A DNA stretch of 57,608 nt, from the IMG/VR virus record IMGVR_UViG_3300027963_000045; one strand, written 5' to 3'. Position 1 is the stretch's first letter. Each line of letters opens with the position of its first letter. Below the pieces are notes generated by a model, which was not told the DNA's origin, did no database searches, and saw only the letters and a program-made list of their open reading frames with translations. This document shows positions 28,912-35,998 of this stretch, in pieces. The position numbers and the translations under genes are program-made. Source of the DNA: an uncultured virus (IMG/VR IMGVR_UViG_3300027963_000045). Lineage: Duplodnaviria > Heunggongvirae > Uroviricota > Caudoviricetes.

Positions 28912-30671
28912 TTCAAATAAAAAATCTAACTGTTAAGAATTTCATGAGTGTGGGCAATGCCACACAAGGTGTTGACTTTGATCGCAACGACCTTACTTTG
29001 GTATTGGGAGAAAACTTGGATTTAGGTGGTGATGGGTCACGCAATGGCACAGGTAAGACCACAATTATCAATGCACTAAGCTATGCCTTGTATGGGCAAG
29101 CACTTTCAAATATTCGCAAGGATAACCTTGTGAATAAAACCAACGGCAAAAACATGTTGGTTAGTTTGGAATTTTTTATCAACGGGCAAGAATACAAAAT
29201 TGAACGTGGTCGTAAACCCAACGTGCTGAAGTTCTATGTTAATCACGAACAAAAAACAGCACAAGATGAAGCACAAGGGGACTCTCGAGAAACACAAGAT
29301 GCAATTGAACGTGTCGTTGGTATGAGTCATGAAATGTTCAAGCATATTTTGGCGTTGAACACTTATACCGAACCGTTCTTGAGCTTAAAGGCAAACGATC
29401 AAAGATTAATAATTGAGCAACTGCTTGGTATCACAATGCTAAGTGAACGTGCTGAGCGAATCAAAGAACTAAACAGACAAACCAAAGATGATTTGAGCCA
29501 AGAAGAGTTTCGCATTCGCGCTGTTCAAGAAGCAAACAAGCGTATAGAAGAACAAATCGAAAGCTTGCGAAAACGCCAACGTCTTTGGACTACCAAACGT
29601 GATGAGGATGTTTCTGCATTTGAACAGGCAGTTGCTGATCTTGAGCACATTGATATTGAATCTGAAGTACAAGCTCATCGAGATCTTAAAACTTATCAAG
29701 CAAAACAAAAGGCAATCAACGAACTCAACAAGTGGATTCGTCAAATTGATGCAGATGATGGCAAATTAAACAAACGTTTCACACAGCTCAAGAAAGAACT
29801 TGAGGATATCAAAGCACATCGATGTTTTGCTTGTGGCACAGAGATTCACGACGACAGTCTTGATACTGTAAAAGCCGAACGAGAAAAAGAAAAACAAGAA
29901 ATTGCACTACAACTGTTAACTAACTCTACACAGCAATTAGAGCATCAGGACGCACTGACTGAAATTGGTGAGCTTGGTATTGCTCCAAAAGTATTTTATG
30001 ATTCTTTAGAGCAAGCTCTCAATCATAAAAACACAGTTGAAGGACTGCGCAAAGATTTAAACGCACGCCGTATTGAAATTGATCCGTACTCTGAACAAAT
30101 TGACGACATGACCGGTCAAGCATTGCAAGTTGTAAGCTACGATCGTATCAACGAGCTAACAAAATTACAAGAACATCAAGACTTTTTGCTCAAACTGCTA
30201 ACGTCAAAAGACAGCTTTGTTCGTAAAAAGATCATTGATCAGAATCTAAGTTATTTGAACAGTCGCTTAACACATTACTTGGATCGTATTGGATTACCAC
30301 ATACTGTGAAGTTTCAAAATGACTTGACTGTGAGCATCGAAGAACTGGGTCGTGAACTAGACTTTGACAACTTGAGCCGCGGCGAGCGCACACGACTGAT
30401 TCTTTCAATGTCGTGGGCATTCCGAGATGTGTGGGAAAGTTTGTATCATCCCATCAACTTGTTGTTTATTGACGAGCTCATGGACAATGGTCTTGACACT
30501 CAGGGTGTAGAGAATGGACTTAGTTTGCTTAAACGCATGAGTCGAGAACGTCACAAGAGTATTTGGCTTGTGAGTCACAAAGATGAACTTGCCGGGCGTG
30601 TTGAAAACATTCTCAAAGTTATAAAAGAAAACGGGTTTACTAGCTACAACAATGATATTGACATCGTTTAA
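28908..30671 (+). CDS. gp46: Recombination ATPase subunit (Rad50/SbcC-like)
   Basis: KNFMSVGN, Walker A NGTGKT, coiled coil with CFAC zinc hook, signature LSRGE, Walker B LLFIDE, SH motif. Confidence 0.95.
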   Translation: MIQIKNLTVKNFMSVGNATQGVDFDRNDLTLVLGENLDLGGDGSRNGTGKTTIINALSYALYGQALSNIRKDNLVNKTNGKNMLVSLEFFINGQEYKIERGRKPNVLKFYVNHEQKTAQDEAQGDSRETQDAIERVVGMSHEMFKHILALNTYTEPFLSLKANDQRLIIEQLLGITMLSERAERIKELNRQTKDDLSQEEFRIRAVQEANKRIEEQIESLRKRQRLWTTKRDEDVSAFEQAVADLEHIDIESEVQAHRDLKTYQAKQKAINELNKWIRQIDADDGKLNKRFTQLKKELEDIKAHRCFACGTEIHDDSLDTVKAEREKEKQEIALQLLTNSTQQLEHQDALTEIGELGIAPKVFYDSLEQALNHKNTVEGLRKDLNARRIEIDPYSEQIDDMTGQALQVVSYDRINELTKLQEHQDFLLKLLTSKDSFVRKKIIDQNLSYLNSRLTHYLDRIGLPHTVKFQNDLTVSIEELGRELDFDNLSRGERTRLILSMSWAFRDVWESLYHPINLLFIDELMDNGLDTQGVENGLSLLKRMSRERHKSIWLVSHKDELAGRVENILKVIKENGFTSYNNDIDIV

Positions 30672-31773
30672 TTACAATCACATTGACGAATATCAAATTG
30701 AGATAACGTCTTACTGCAATGCCGCGTGTCCGCAATGTCCTCGAAACGATTTAGGCACAGGTATCAACCCACACATGCCATTAGTACATTTACCAAGGGA
30801 TGTAATCGATCGTGCGTTTCCAAAAGAACTGTGCCAACGTTTACGCATGGTGTTCTTTTGCGGTAGTTACGGCGACCCAACTATGCATCCAGACTTTCTA
30901 AATATTTTGCGAGACTTTAGAAAGAAAAACAAAAAACTTTGGTTGTATATTCACACAAACGGTGGCGCACACAGTCGACCTTACTGGGAAGAAATTGGTA
31001 CCATCATGAACGGCTATGGACAAATTGACTTTGGCATTGATGGATTAGCTGACACACTGCCGTTGTATCGTAAAAACGTTGTGTACGGCAAGGTATTACA
31101 AAATGCTCGTGCATTCATTCAAGCTGGTGGCCGAGCCAAGTGGAACTACATTGTTTTTAAGCATAATGAAGATCAAATTGAAGAGGCTAGAGAAATCAGT
31201 AAACAGTTTGGTTTTGCTGAGTTCTTGGTACGCAATACTGGTAGGTTTTTTAATCATCAAACAGTAGAAGAGATGTCGCATTGGCCGGTCAAGGGCGAAA
31301 GTTATATGCTAGAGCCACCTACAAATCCCGAGTATCGTAACAAGAGCATGTTGTTTTTGCCTGATCTTAAAAAACAGTATGCAAACATCAAAGACTATTT
31401 TGATACTACAGAAATCAAATGTGATGCGCTGATGGGTCGCAAGGTAGCTATCAATGCCGAAGGAATTGTGTTACCTTGCAACTTTTTCAATCACAACTTG
31501 TATGATGCTAGATTTCACGATGGGTCGTTGCCCGGTGCAAACGATCTTAGTAGTACAAATGGACAGAACCAAGTTAGACACTTTTTATCCAAGTATGGTT
31601 TAGATAATCTTAACATACACAACAACAGCTTAGAAGGTATTTTTGAAAATCCCATGTGGGATGATTTGGTTGCTAGCTGGAAAGATAACAGCAGATTGTT
31701 TGAGTGTGCTATGACATGTGGTAGTAAGCTCACAAAAGTATGGGACCAAGGAGGAAACAACCAATATGACTAG
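30652..31773 (+). CDS. Radical SAM protein with a SPASM/twitch-like C-terminus
   Basis: CNAACPQC (CxxxCxxC), G..GDP, TNGG, then C...G.VLPC...C..TC. Confidence 0.88.
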   Translation: MILTSFNYNHIDEYQIEITSYCNAACPQCPRNDLGTGINPHMPLVHLPRDVIDRAFPKELCQRLRMVFFCGSYGDPTMHPDFLNILRDFRKKNKKLWLYIHTNGGAHSRPYWEEIGTIMNGYGQIDFGIDGLADTLPLYRKNVVYGKVLQNARAFIQAGGRAKWNYIVFKHNEDQIEEAREISKQFGFAEFLVRNTGRFFNHQTVEEMSHWPVKGESYMLEPPTNPEYRNKSMLFLPDLKKQYANIKDYFDTTEIKCDALMGRKVAINAEGIVLPCNFFNHNLYDARFHDGSLPGANDLSSTNGQNQVRHFLSKYGLDNLNIHNNSLEGIFENPMWDDLVASWKDNSRLFECAMTCGSKLTKVWDQGGNNQYD

Positions 31774-32374
31774 AGAAATTAAAATTAATAAAACATTTTT
31801 AATCACCGGCGGCAATCGTGGCCTAGGTGCAGTGATCGCTGAATGTTTTAATGGCGTCAGCACAAGCCGGCAAACTGGGGTTGATATTACCAAAGACGTC
31901 GACACTATTGTTGCAGAAAGTTTAAAATACGATGTGTTTGTAAACAACGCATTTGACGGGCCGCCACAAGAGGACTGGGCTAATTTTGCGCAGACCAACT
32001 TATATCTAGCAATCTACGATGCATGGAAAGCTGCCAACAAATCAGGTTATATTTTTAACATAGGTAGTATCGGAAATCGTAGTATTGTTTCTCCTGAACC
32101 TAGATTTGAAACCTATCGTGTTGCCAAGGCTGCGCTGGAACATGCCAGTCGTCAGGGCACCCAAGCATTTAAACAAAATCATGTACCATTTAAAACCACA
32201 CTAATCAACACTGACCGATTGGACACTGAACTCAGTCGTAGCCGTCCTACATGGACTGGTAACGGAGTAAGTTGCTATGACGTTGCAAACTTTATCACCT
32301 ACGCATTACTTACAGGCTCAAATACTTGCATCGAAGATATTTCTTTTTATTGTAACTTCGAACATCAGGCATAA
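31766..32374 (+). CDS. Short-chain dehydrogenase/reductase (SDR)
   Basis: TGGNRGLG Rossmann motif, VNNA, catalytic YRVAK; likely start ATG 31766 overlapping the radical SAM stop. Confidence 0.85.
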   Translation: MTREIKINKTFLITGGNRGLGAVIAECFNGVSTSRQTGVDITKDVDTIVAESLKYDVFVNNAFDGPPQEDWANFAQTNLYLAIYDAWKAANKSGYIFNIGSIGNRSIVSPEPRFETYRVAKAALEHASRQGTQAFKQNHVPFKTTLINTDRLDTELSRSRPTWTGNGVSCYDVANFITYALLTGSNTCIEDISFYCNFEHQA

Positions 32375-32385
32375 TTACATGTCCA

Positions 32386-32814
32386 ATGTCATGGTCCTAT
32401 CAAAATATTCCAGTGGAAACTCTCCCAGAAGATTGCATAGGATTCGTGTATCTAATCACTAACATGACTAGTGGACGCATGTATATAGGCAAAAAACTAG
32501 CAAAATTTTCCAAAACCACCCAACGTACAGTTAAATTAAAAAACGGCAATAAACGCAAGAAAAAAATTCGCACCAAAGTTGATTCAGATTGGCGGGACTA
32601 TTATGGGTCAAGTCCAGAACTAACCAAGGATGTTGAAGCTTTAGGCAAAGACAACTTTAAACGAGAAATTTTATACTACTGTAAAAGCAAATCTGAATGT
32701 TCATACATTGAAGCTAGAGAACAATTTTCACGTAGAGTGTTAGAATCCAAAGATTACTACAACGGCCATATTCAAGTTCGCGTCCACGGCTCCCACATTA
32801 TAGGCAAAATTTAA
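32386..32814 (+). CDS. Small stand-alone GIY-YIG family nuclease (Seg-like catalytic domain, 142 aa)
   Basis: GFVYLITN...MYIGKK (GIY-YIG variant), YYGSS, F.REIL, conserved E (YIEARE) and YYN; no long C-terminal DNA-binding tail. Confidence 0.85.
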   Translation: MSWSYQNIPVETLPEDCIGFVYLITNMTSGRMYIGKKLAKFSKTTQRTVKLKNGNKRKKKIRTKVDSDWRDYYGSSPELTKDVEALGKDNFKREILYYCKSKSECSYIEAREQFSRRVLESKDYYNGHIQVRVHGSHIIGKI

Positions 32815-33250
32815 ACAGTTACGACTCGCACAGGTCAACTTCATGTGTCCTAAACCTGGATCTCGGATCGCAGGGATGGAAGTCTTGCCGCTGTAGCAAG
32901 CACTCAGCAACTATCCTTGACAGGACGACGATCGCAAATTGCCGCGGTTTTGCTGTTTGAAAAGAATTTAAAGGCTAAAAAGACGTAGCAGTGATGCTAT
33001 ACTTTATACTACCCAGTTAGCGTTGAGTAGTATAAACGCCGTTGTGATAAGAACTGAGCTCGAGGTACCGGACAACCGCCTCTGTAATCGCTTTAACGCT
33101 AATGACTGTGCTACTCGGATGATGCCTAGCATTTCATTTTTGCCCTGTGCGGGCAAAGTGTGACTGATTAATCTGGATGATAACTTAAATCGCTTCGCTC
33201 TAAACAATGTGTGAGCGCAAGCGAAACACATAGATGTGCAAAGCACATCT
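32815..33250 (+). ncRNA. Candidate large structured non-coding RNA (or structured DNA element)
   Basis: Longest non-coding gap in the window; about ten helices visible by eye, a GNRA-capped hairpin, an 11-bp pseudoknot with G-U pairs on the + strand, and twin TGACTG-N8-GGATGAT motifs. Confidence 0.7.
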
Positions 33251-33624
33251 CAATACAGTTTCTCTTCAATGATAACACTTTGACAAAGTATGTTAATTTG
33301 TTTTTTGACTTTGGCTCTTAAGTCATTCTTGAGATAAACGTTTCTTGCTAGTTGAATGAATTCATCGTCAAATTGATTCCGTTTTTCGTGATCTCGTTTG
33401 GCATTCTCAATATCCCATAACTCTTGATTAATGGCTTTTAGTTCAAGACGCAACTGTCTAACTGAGTCTACTAGGTCATGATTGTGTAATACCTTCAACA
33501 GTTCCATTAACTCATATTGTATGTTATTTCTTTGTTCTGGTGTTGTTGCGTGATCAATCTTTAGTTCCAAGATTGTGATCTTGTCTACAAGTTCACCTAC
33601 GCTGACAGGAACATGTACAATCAT
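33250..33624 (-). CDS. Conserved hypothetical protein (DUF6165-like)
   Basis: PVSVGELVDKITILELK...LWDIE...FI.LAR.VY..ND.RA..K..IN pattern; likely start 33624 (ATGA overlap with the upstream gene). Confidence 0.7.
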   Translation of the reverse strand: MIVHVPVSVGELVDKITILELKIDHATTPEQRNNIQYELMELLKVLHNHDLVDSVRQLRLELKAINQELWDIENAKRDHEKRNQFDDEFIQLARNVYLKNDLRAKVKKQINILCQSVIIEEKLY

Positions 33625-33956
33625 AGATTTTGATCTGGCCAATCTCTAAACAGTGCATGTTGTATGTTGCCATTGACAAACTGATTGAAACTCTTGTGTT
33701 TGGTTTCAAGTTCTCCCTCACGTGGCACAACTCGTTTAAATGCCTGATCCATTTGTGCCATGTCACGGAACTCCATGATAATCATCCACTCTGGCATATC
33801 AGCGATGCTACGGAATCCCATCTTGCATCGTGTGATCCTGTATGACACCATTTTGTCTTCTGATATCAAATGATCAAAAAAGCTTTTCATTCCGTTGACC
33901 CAGTCCAAGTCTGAGATATCGCCTTCTTTGTCTGCCCAAATTGTATATAAATCCAT
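33621..33956 (-). CDS. Hypothetical protein, dimeric alpha-beta barrel-like (DUF6614-like)
   Basis: Y.ITR.KMGF...PEW.II.EF.DMAQ.D.AF pattern, FALYRDFPD-like end. Confidence 0.55.
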   Translation of the reverse strand: MDLYTIWADKEGDISDLDWVNGMKSFFDHLISEDKMVSYRITRCKMGFRSIADMPEWMIIMEFRDMAQMDQAFKRVVPREGELETKHKSFNQFVNGNIQHALFRDWPDQNL

Positions 33957-33958
33957 AG

Positions 33959-34393
33959 TTACTCCATTGGTCCTAATAGTTCAAAGCCAGCTAGACTTTG
34001 TTTGTACAGATGTGCTTGTTCCAAATACAAGTATTTGAATCCACGTTGTTTGTAAATAGCACATTCTGTTTGCAATGTTGTGATACCCAAACGCAGTTTT
34101 GGATTGTGGTAGTTCCAAGCAAATTGATCACACAGTGCATTTTCATCGTCGTAGCGTCGGATCAAACTAAACGCTACCAGTTTGTCTTGATCATAGTAAC
34201 CCAGAACATCAGTCATTGGGTCAGTGTAACGACTATCAAATATAGGCATCACTGATGCAAATCTTTTGTGTTTACAGTACTCTCTGTAGATGTTGTTCAA
34301 CGCGGCAATGTTGGGATTTTGAAGATACTCCCACTTTACGTTTGTATCATAGTTGGTCTTGCTCAAGTCAATTCTGGCAAACTGATAAGTCAT
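33959..34393 (-). CDS. Minimal arginyl/aminoacyl-tRNA-protein transferase C-terminal-like (ATE_C/GNAT) protein
   Basis: GYYDQDKLVAFS...WNYHNPKLRLG..TL..E....K.RG.KYLYL....YK resembles the Ate/Bpt C-terminal domain. Confidence 0.6.
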   Translation of the reverse strand: MTYQFARIDLSKTNYDTNVKWEYLQNPNIAALNNIYREYCKHKRFASVMPIFDSRYTDPMTDVLGYYDQDKLVAFSLIRRYDDENALCDQFAWNYHNPKLRLGITTLQTECAIYKQRGFKYLYLEQAHLYKQSLAGFELLGPME

Positions 34394-34893
34394 GCTCGCG
34401 GATCTTTACGATTATGGAACAACTGTGTTAGATACTCTTCTGACCAGTTGTGATAAAATCCTTTGCTGGCCATCTGCTGAGCTTTGGTGTTCAAGTCGCT
34501 AAGGCATTGCACCAAAGCCAATGCATACTGACCCTGATTCATGATGACGCCATTGACGTTTTCTACATCTGCTGGGTGATCCTCCAGGGCCAAAATATCG
34601 TTACGAAGCAGGTGTTCTTGATTTGCAGCTTCTATGCTGGCACTAAACAAATCATATGGCCATTCTGCAGGATCATATGCATAGATAATAACTTCCTTGT
34701 TGCCCATGCCATACCGTGCTCGGTTCTTGAGATCAAAGTAAGGGTCACTGCCTAGATAAACTTCAAATGTACGTTTGAGTCTTGCTGATCGTGCAAACGG
34801 ACAGGGCGGCCAACCACCCAGGGCAGGATGTGGAACTTCTACAAAGTTCTCTATCCAGGATTCTATATCTGCTTGTACTTGTTCTAGATTCAT
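34390..34893 (-). CDS. Hypothetical protein (DUF1415-like)
   Basis: WI..FV.....PCPFA and DHP motifs resemble DUF1415. Confidence 0.5.
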   Translation of the reverse strand: MNLEQVQADIESWIENFVEVPHPALGGWPPCPFARSARLKRTFEVYLGSDPYFDLKNRARYGMGNKEVIIYAYDPAEWPYDLFSASIEAANQEHLLRNDILALEDHPADVENVNGVIMNQGQYALALVQCLSDLNTKAQQMASKGFYHNWSEEYLTQLFHNRKDPRA

Positions 34894-35069
34894 TAGAAGA
34901 AAGGTAGTTGTGTTTTCTTGGTAGTTTCCAAATTCTCTTTTATAAGATCACTGACAATCAGTCTCTCGGTCATGCTTAGATTCATAGCTTCATTATAGGT
35001 AAGACCACCGCGCATGTACCAACACAATTTTATCAACTCGCTTTTGATGGCCTTGGCCTCCCGCTCCAT
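34893..35069 (-). CDS. Small baseplate hub / tail assembly chaperone C-terminal part (gp51-like, 58 aa)
   Basis: Below the ORF-track cut-off: MEREAKAIKSELIKLCWYMRGGLTYNEAMNLSMTERLIVSDLIKENLETTKKTQLPFF. Its stop overlaps the next ATG (TAATG), and the frame is open upstream to a slippery site. Confidence 0.75.
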   Translation of the reverse strand: MEREAKAIKSELIKLCWYMRGGLTYNEAMNLSMTERLIVSDLIKENLETTKKTQLPFF

Positions 35070-35107
35070 ACCGTCAACTGTTTTGACGATCTGTTCTGGG
35101 GTTTGGA

Positions 35108-35944
35108 TCAGGAGGCGGCTCCGAAAAAATTTGTCATATCCAAAGTAAACACTTGGTCATACTCGTGATTGCAGTTTTGGCAAGAAATGTGTAATGGACG
35201 AAGCTCAGACTTTTGTTTGTTGGCAATGATGTGATCTTGAATTTTACCAAACTGAGTTCGATCAAGATTTTTCAACCACTCATTGATGTGTGCTTGATCA
35301 GTGACCACAGCAGTGGGAGTCTTGATCATGGCAATATTTTGTGACAGTGCTTGTGTGGTAACTTCTGTTATTTTTTTAAGCAGTTGTCCTATTTGATGCA
35401 CACGTTGGTCGCTGGGAGTGTTTTCATCTTGAATTATTTGCAATGCTTTTTGATCTTCAAACTGTGTCAAACTGTTGTTGTTCATTTGTTTGTAGTTCAT
35501 TGGACACAGATATAACTGCAAGTCTCCAATACGCAACGAAGTTTCGTAATCTGGCGTTCCAATATTGTCATTGATAGTTCTCAAATCAACAGCATAGTCG
35601 GCTTCGTTTTCACAAGCAGGGCAAGCTGTTGAAATATCTAGTTCATGCCCGTATGTGGCAATTCGAATAGCAACCAGTACTGTGTCAAGATCAATGCTGG
35701 GCATCAGCCAGGCGTTTTTGATATTAGGCACACAGCTTTGAATCACCGAAACCACCGCAGTTCCGTTGAACAATGCGTCTGGCGTACGATAGGTAATTTC
35801 GTCTATTGTGGTCATGGGATACACTGGATATTCGCCGTTTTCAGTGGGCGCAAGTGCGCCCTGTGGATAATATTTTCCACCAGATGGCAACTTGATGTAA
35901 ATGGCGGGTTGCCGGAAATATTGGCTTAACGGGTTTGAATTCAT
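35108..35944 (-). CDS. Baseplate hub assembly chaperone, gp26-like
   Basis: NPL..YFRQP.IYI.LPS.G, D.D..L.AIRIATYG, two CxxC pairs and a C-terminal NFF; divergent from the tape measure gene. Confidence 0.75.
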   Translation of the reverse strand: MNSNPLSQYFRQPAIYIKLPSGGKYYPQGALAPTENGEYPVYPMTTIDEITYRTPDALFNGTAVVSVIQSCVPNIKNAWLMPSIDLDTVLVAIRIATYGHELDISTACPACENEADYAVDLRTINDNIGTPDYETSLRIGDLQLYLCPMNYKQMNNNSLTQFEDQKALQIIQDENTPSDQRVHQIGQLLKKITEVTTQALSQNIAMIKTPTAVVTDQAHINEWLKNLDRTQFGKIQDHIIANKQKSELRPLHISCQNCNHEYDQVFTLDMTNFFGAAS

Positions 35945-35959
35945 GGGTTTCCTTATCGG

Positions 35960-35985
35960 TAAATATGTAACTAGAACTATTTATA
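35960..35985. promoter_or_regulatory. Pair of opposed late promoter motifs between gp26-like and tape measure genes
   Basis: TAAATA on + (35960-35965) and TATAAATA on - (35978-35985). Confidence 0.55.
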
Positions 35986-35998
35986 GGCCCGAAAATAC

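Noticed and set aside
33109..33174. Matches of the two 8-mers elsewhere in the window (e.g. near 23770, 46471, 23550)
   Set aside because: 8-nt matches are expected by chance in 57 kb, and none that I noticed were adjacent to each other
33004..33246. 80-aa minus-strand ORF inside the structured gap
   Set aside because: Non-ATG start without an SD, unusual composition, and it overlaps the structured element; probably spurious
32815..33250. Group I intron or tRNA/tmRNA/RNase P identity for the structured gap
   Set aside because: ctcagcaacta loosely resembles the group I R element, but I found no matching P7 partner and the flanking genes are complete and convergent. No cloverleaf, tag ORF or RNase P P4 consensus is evident.
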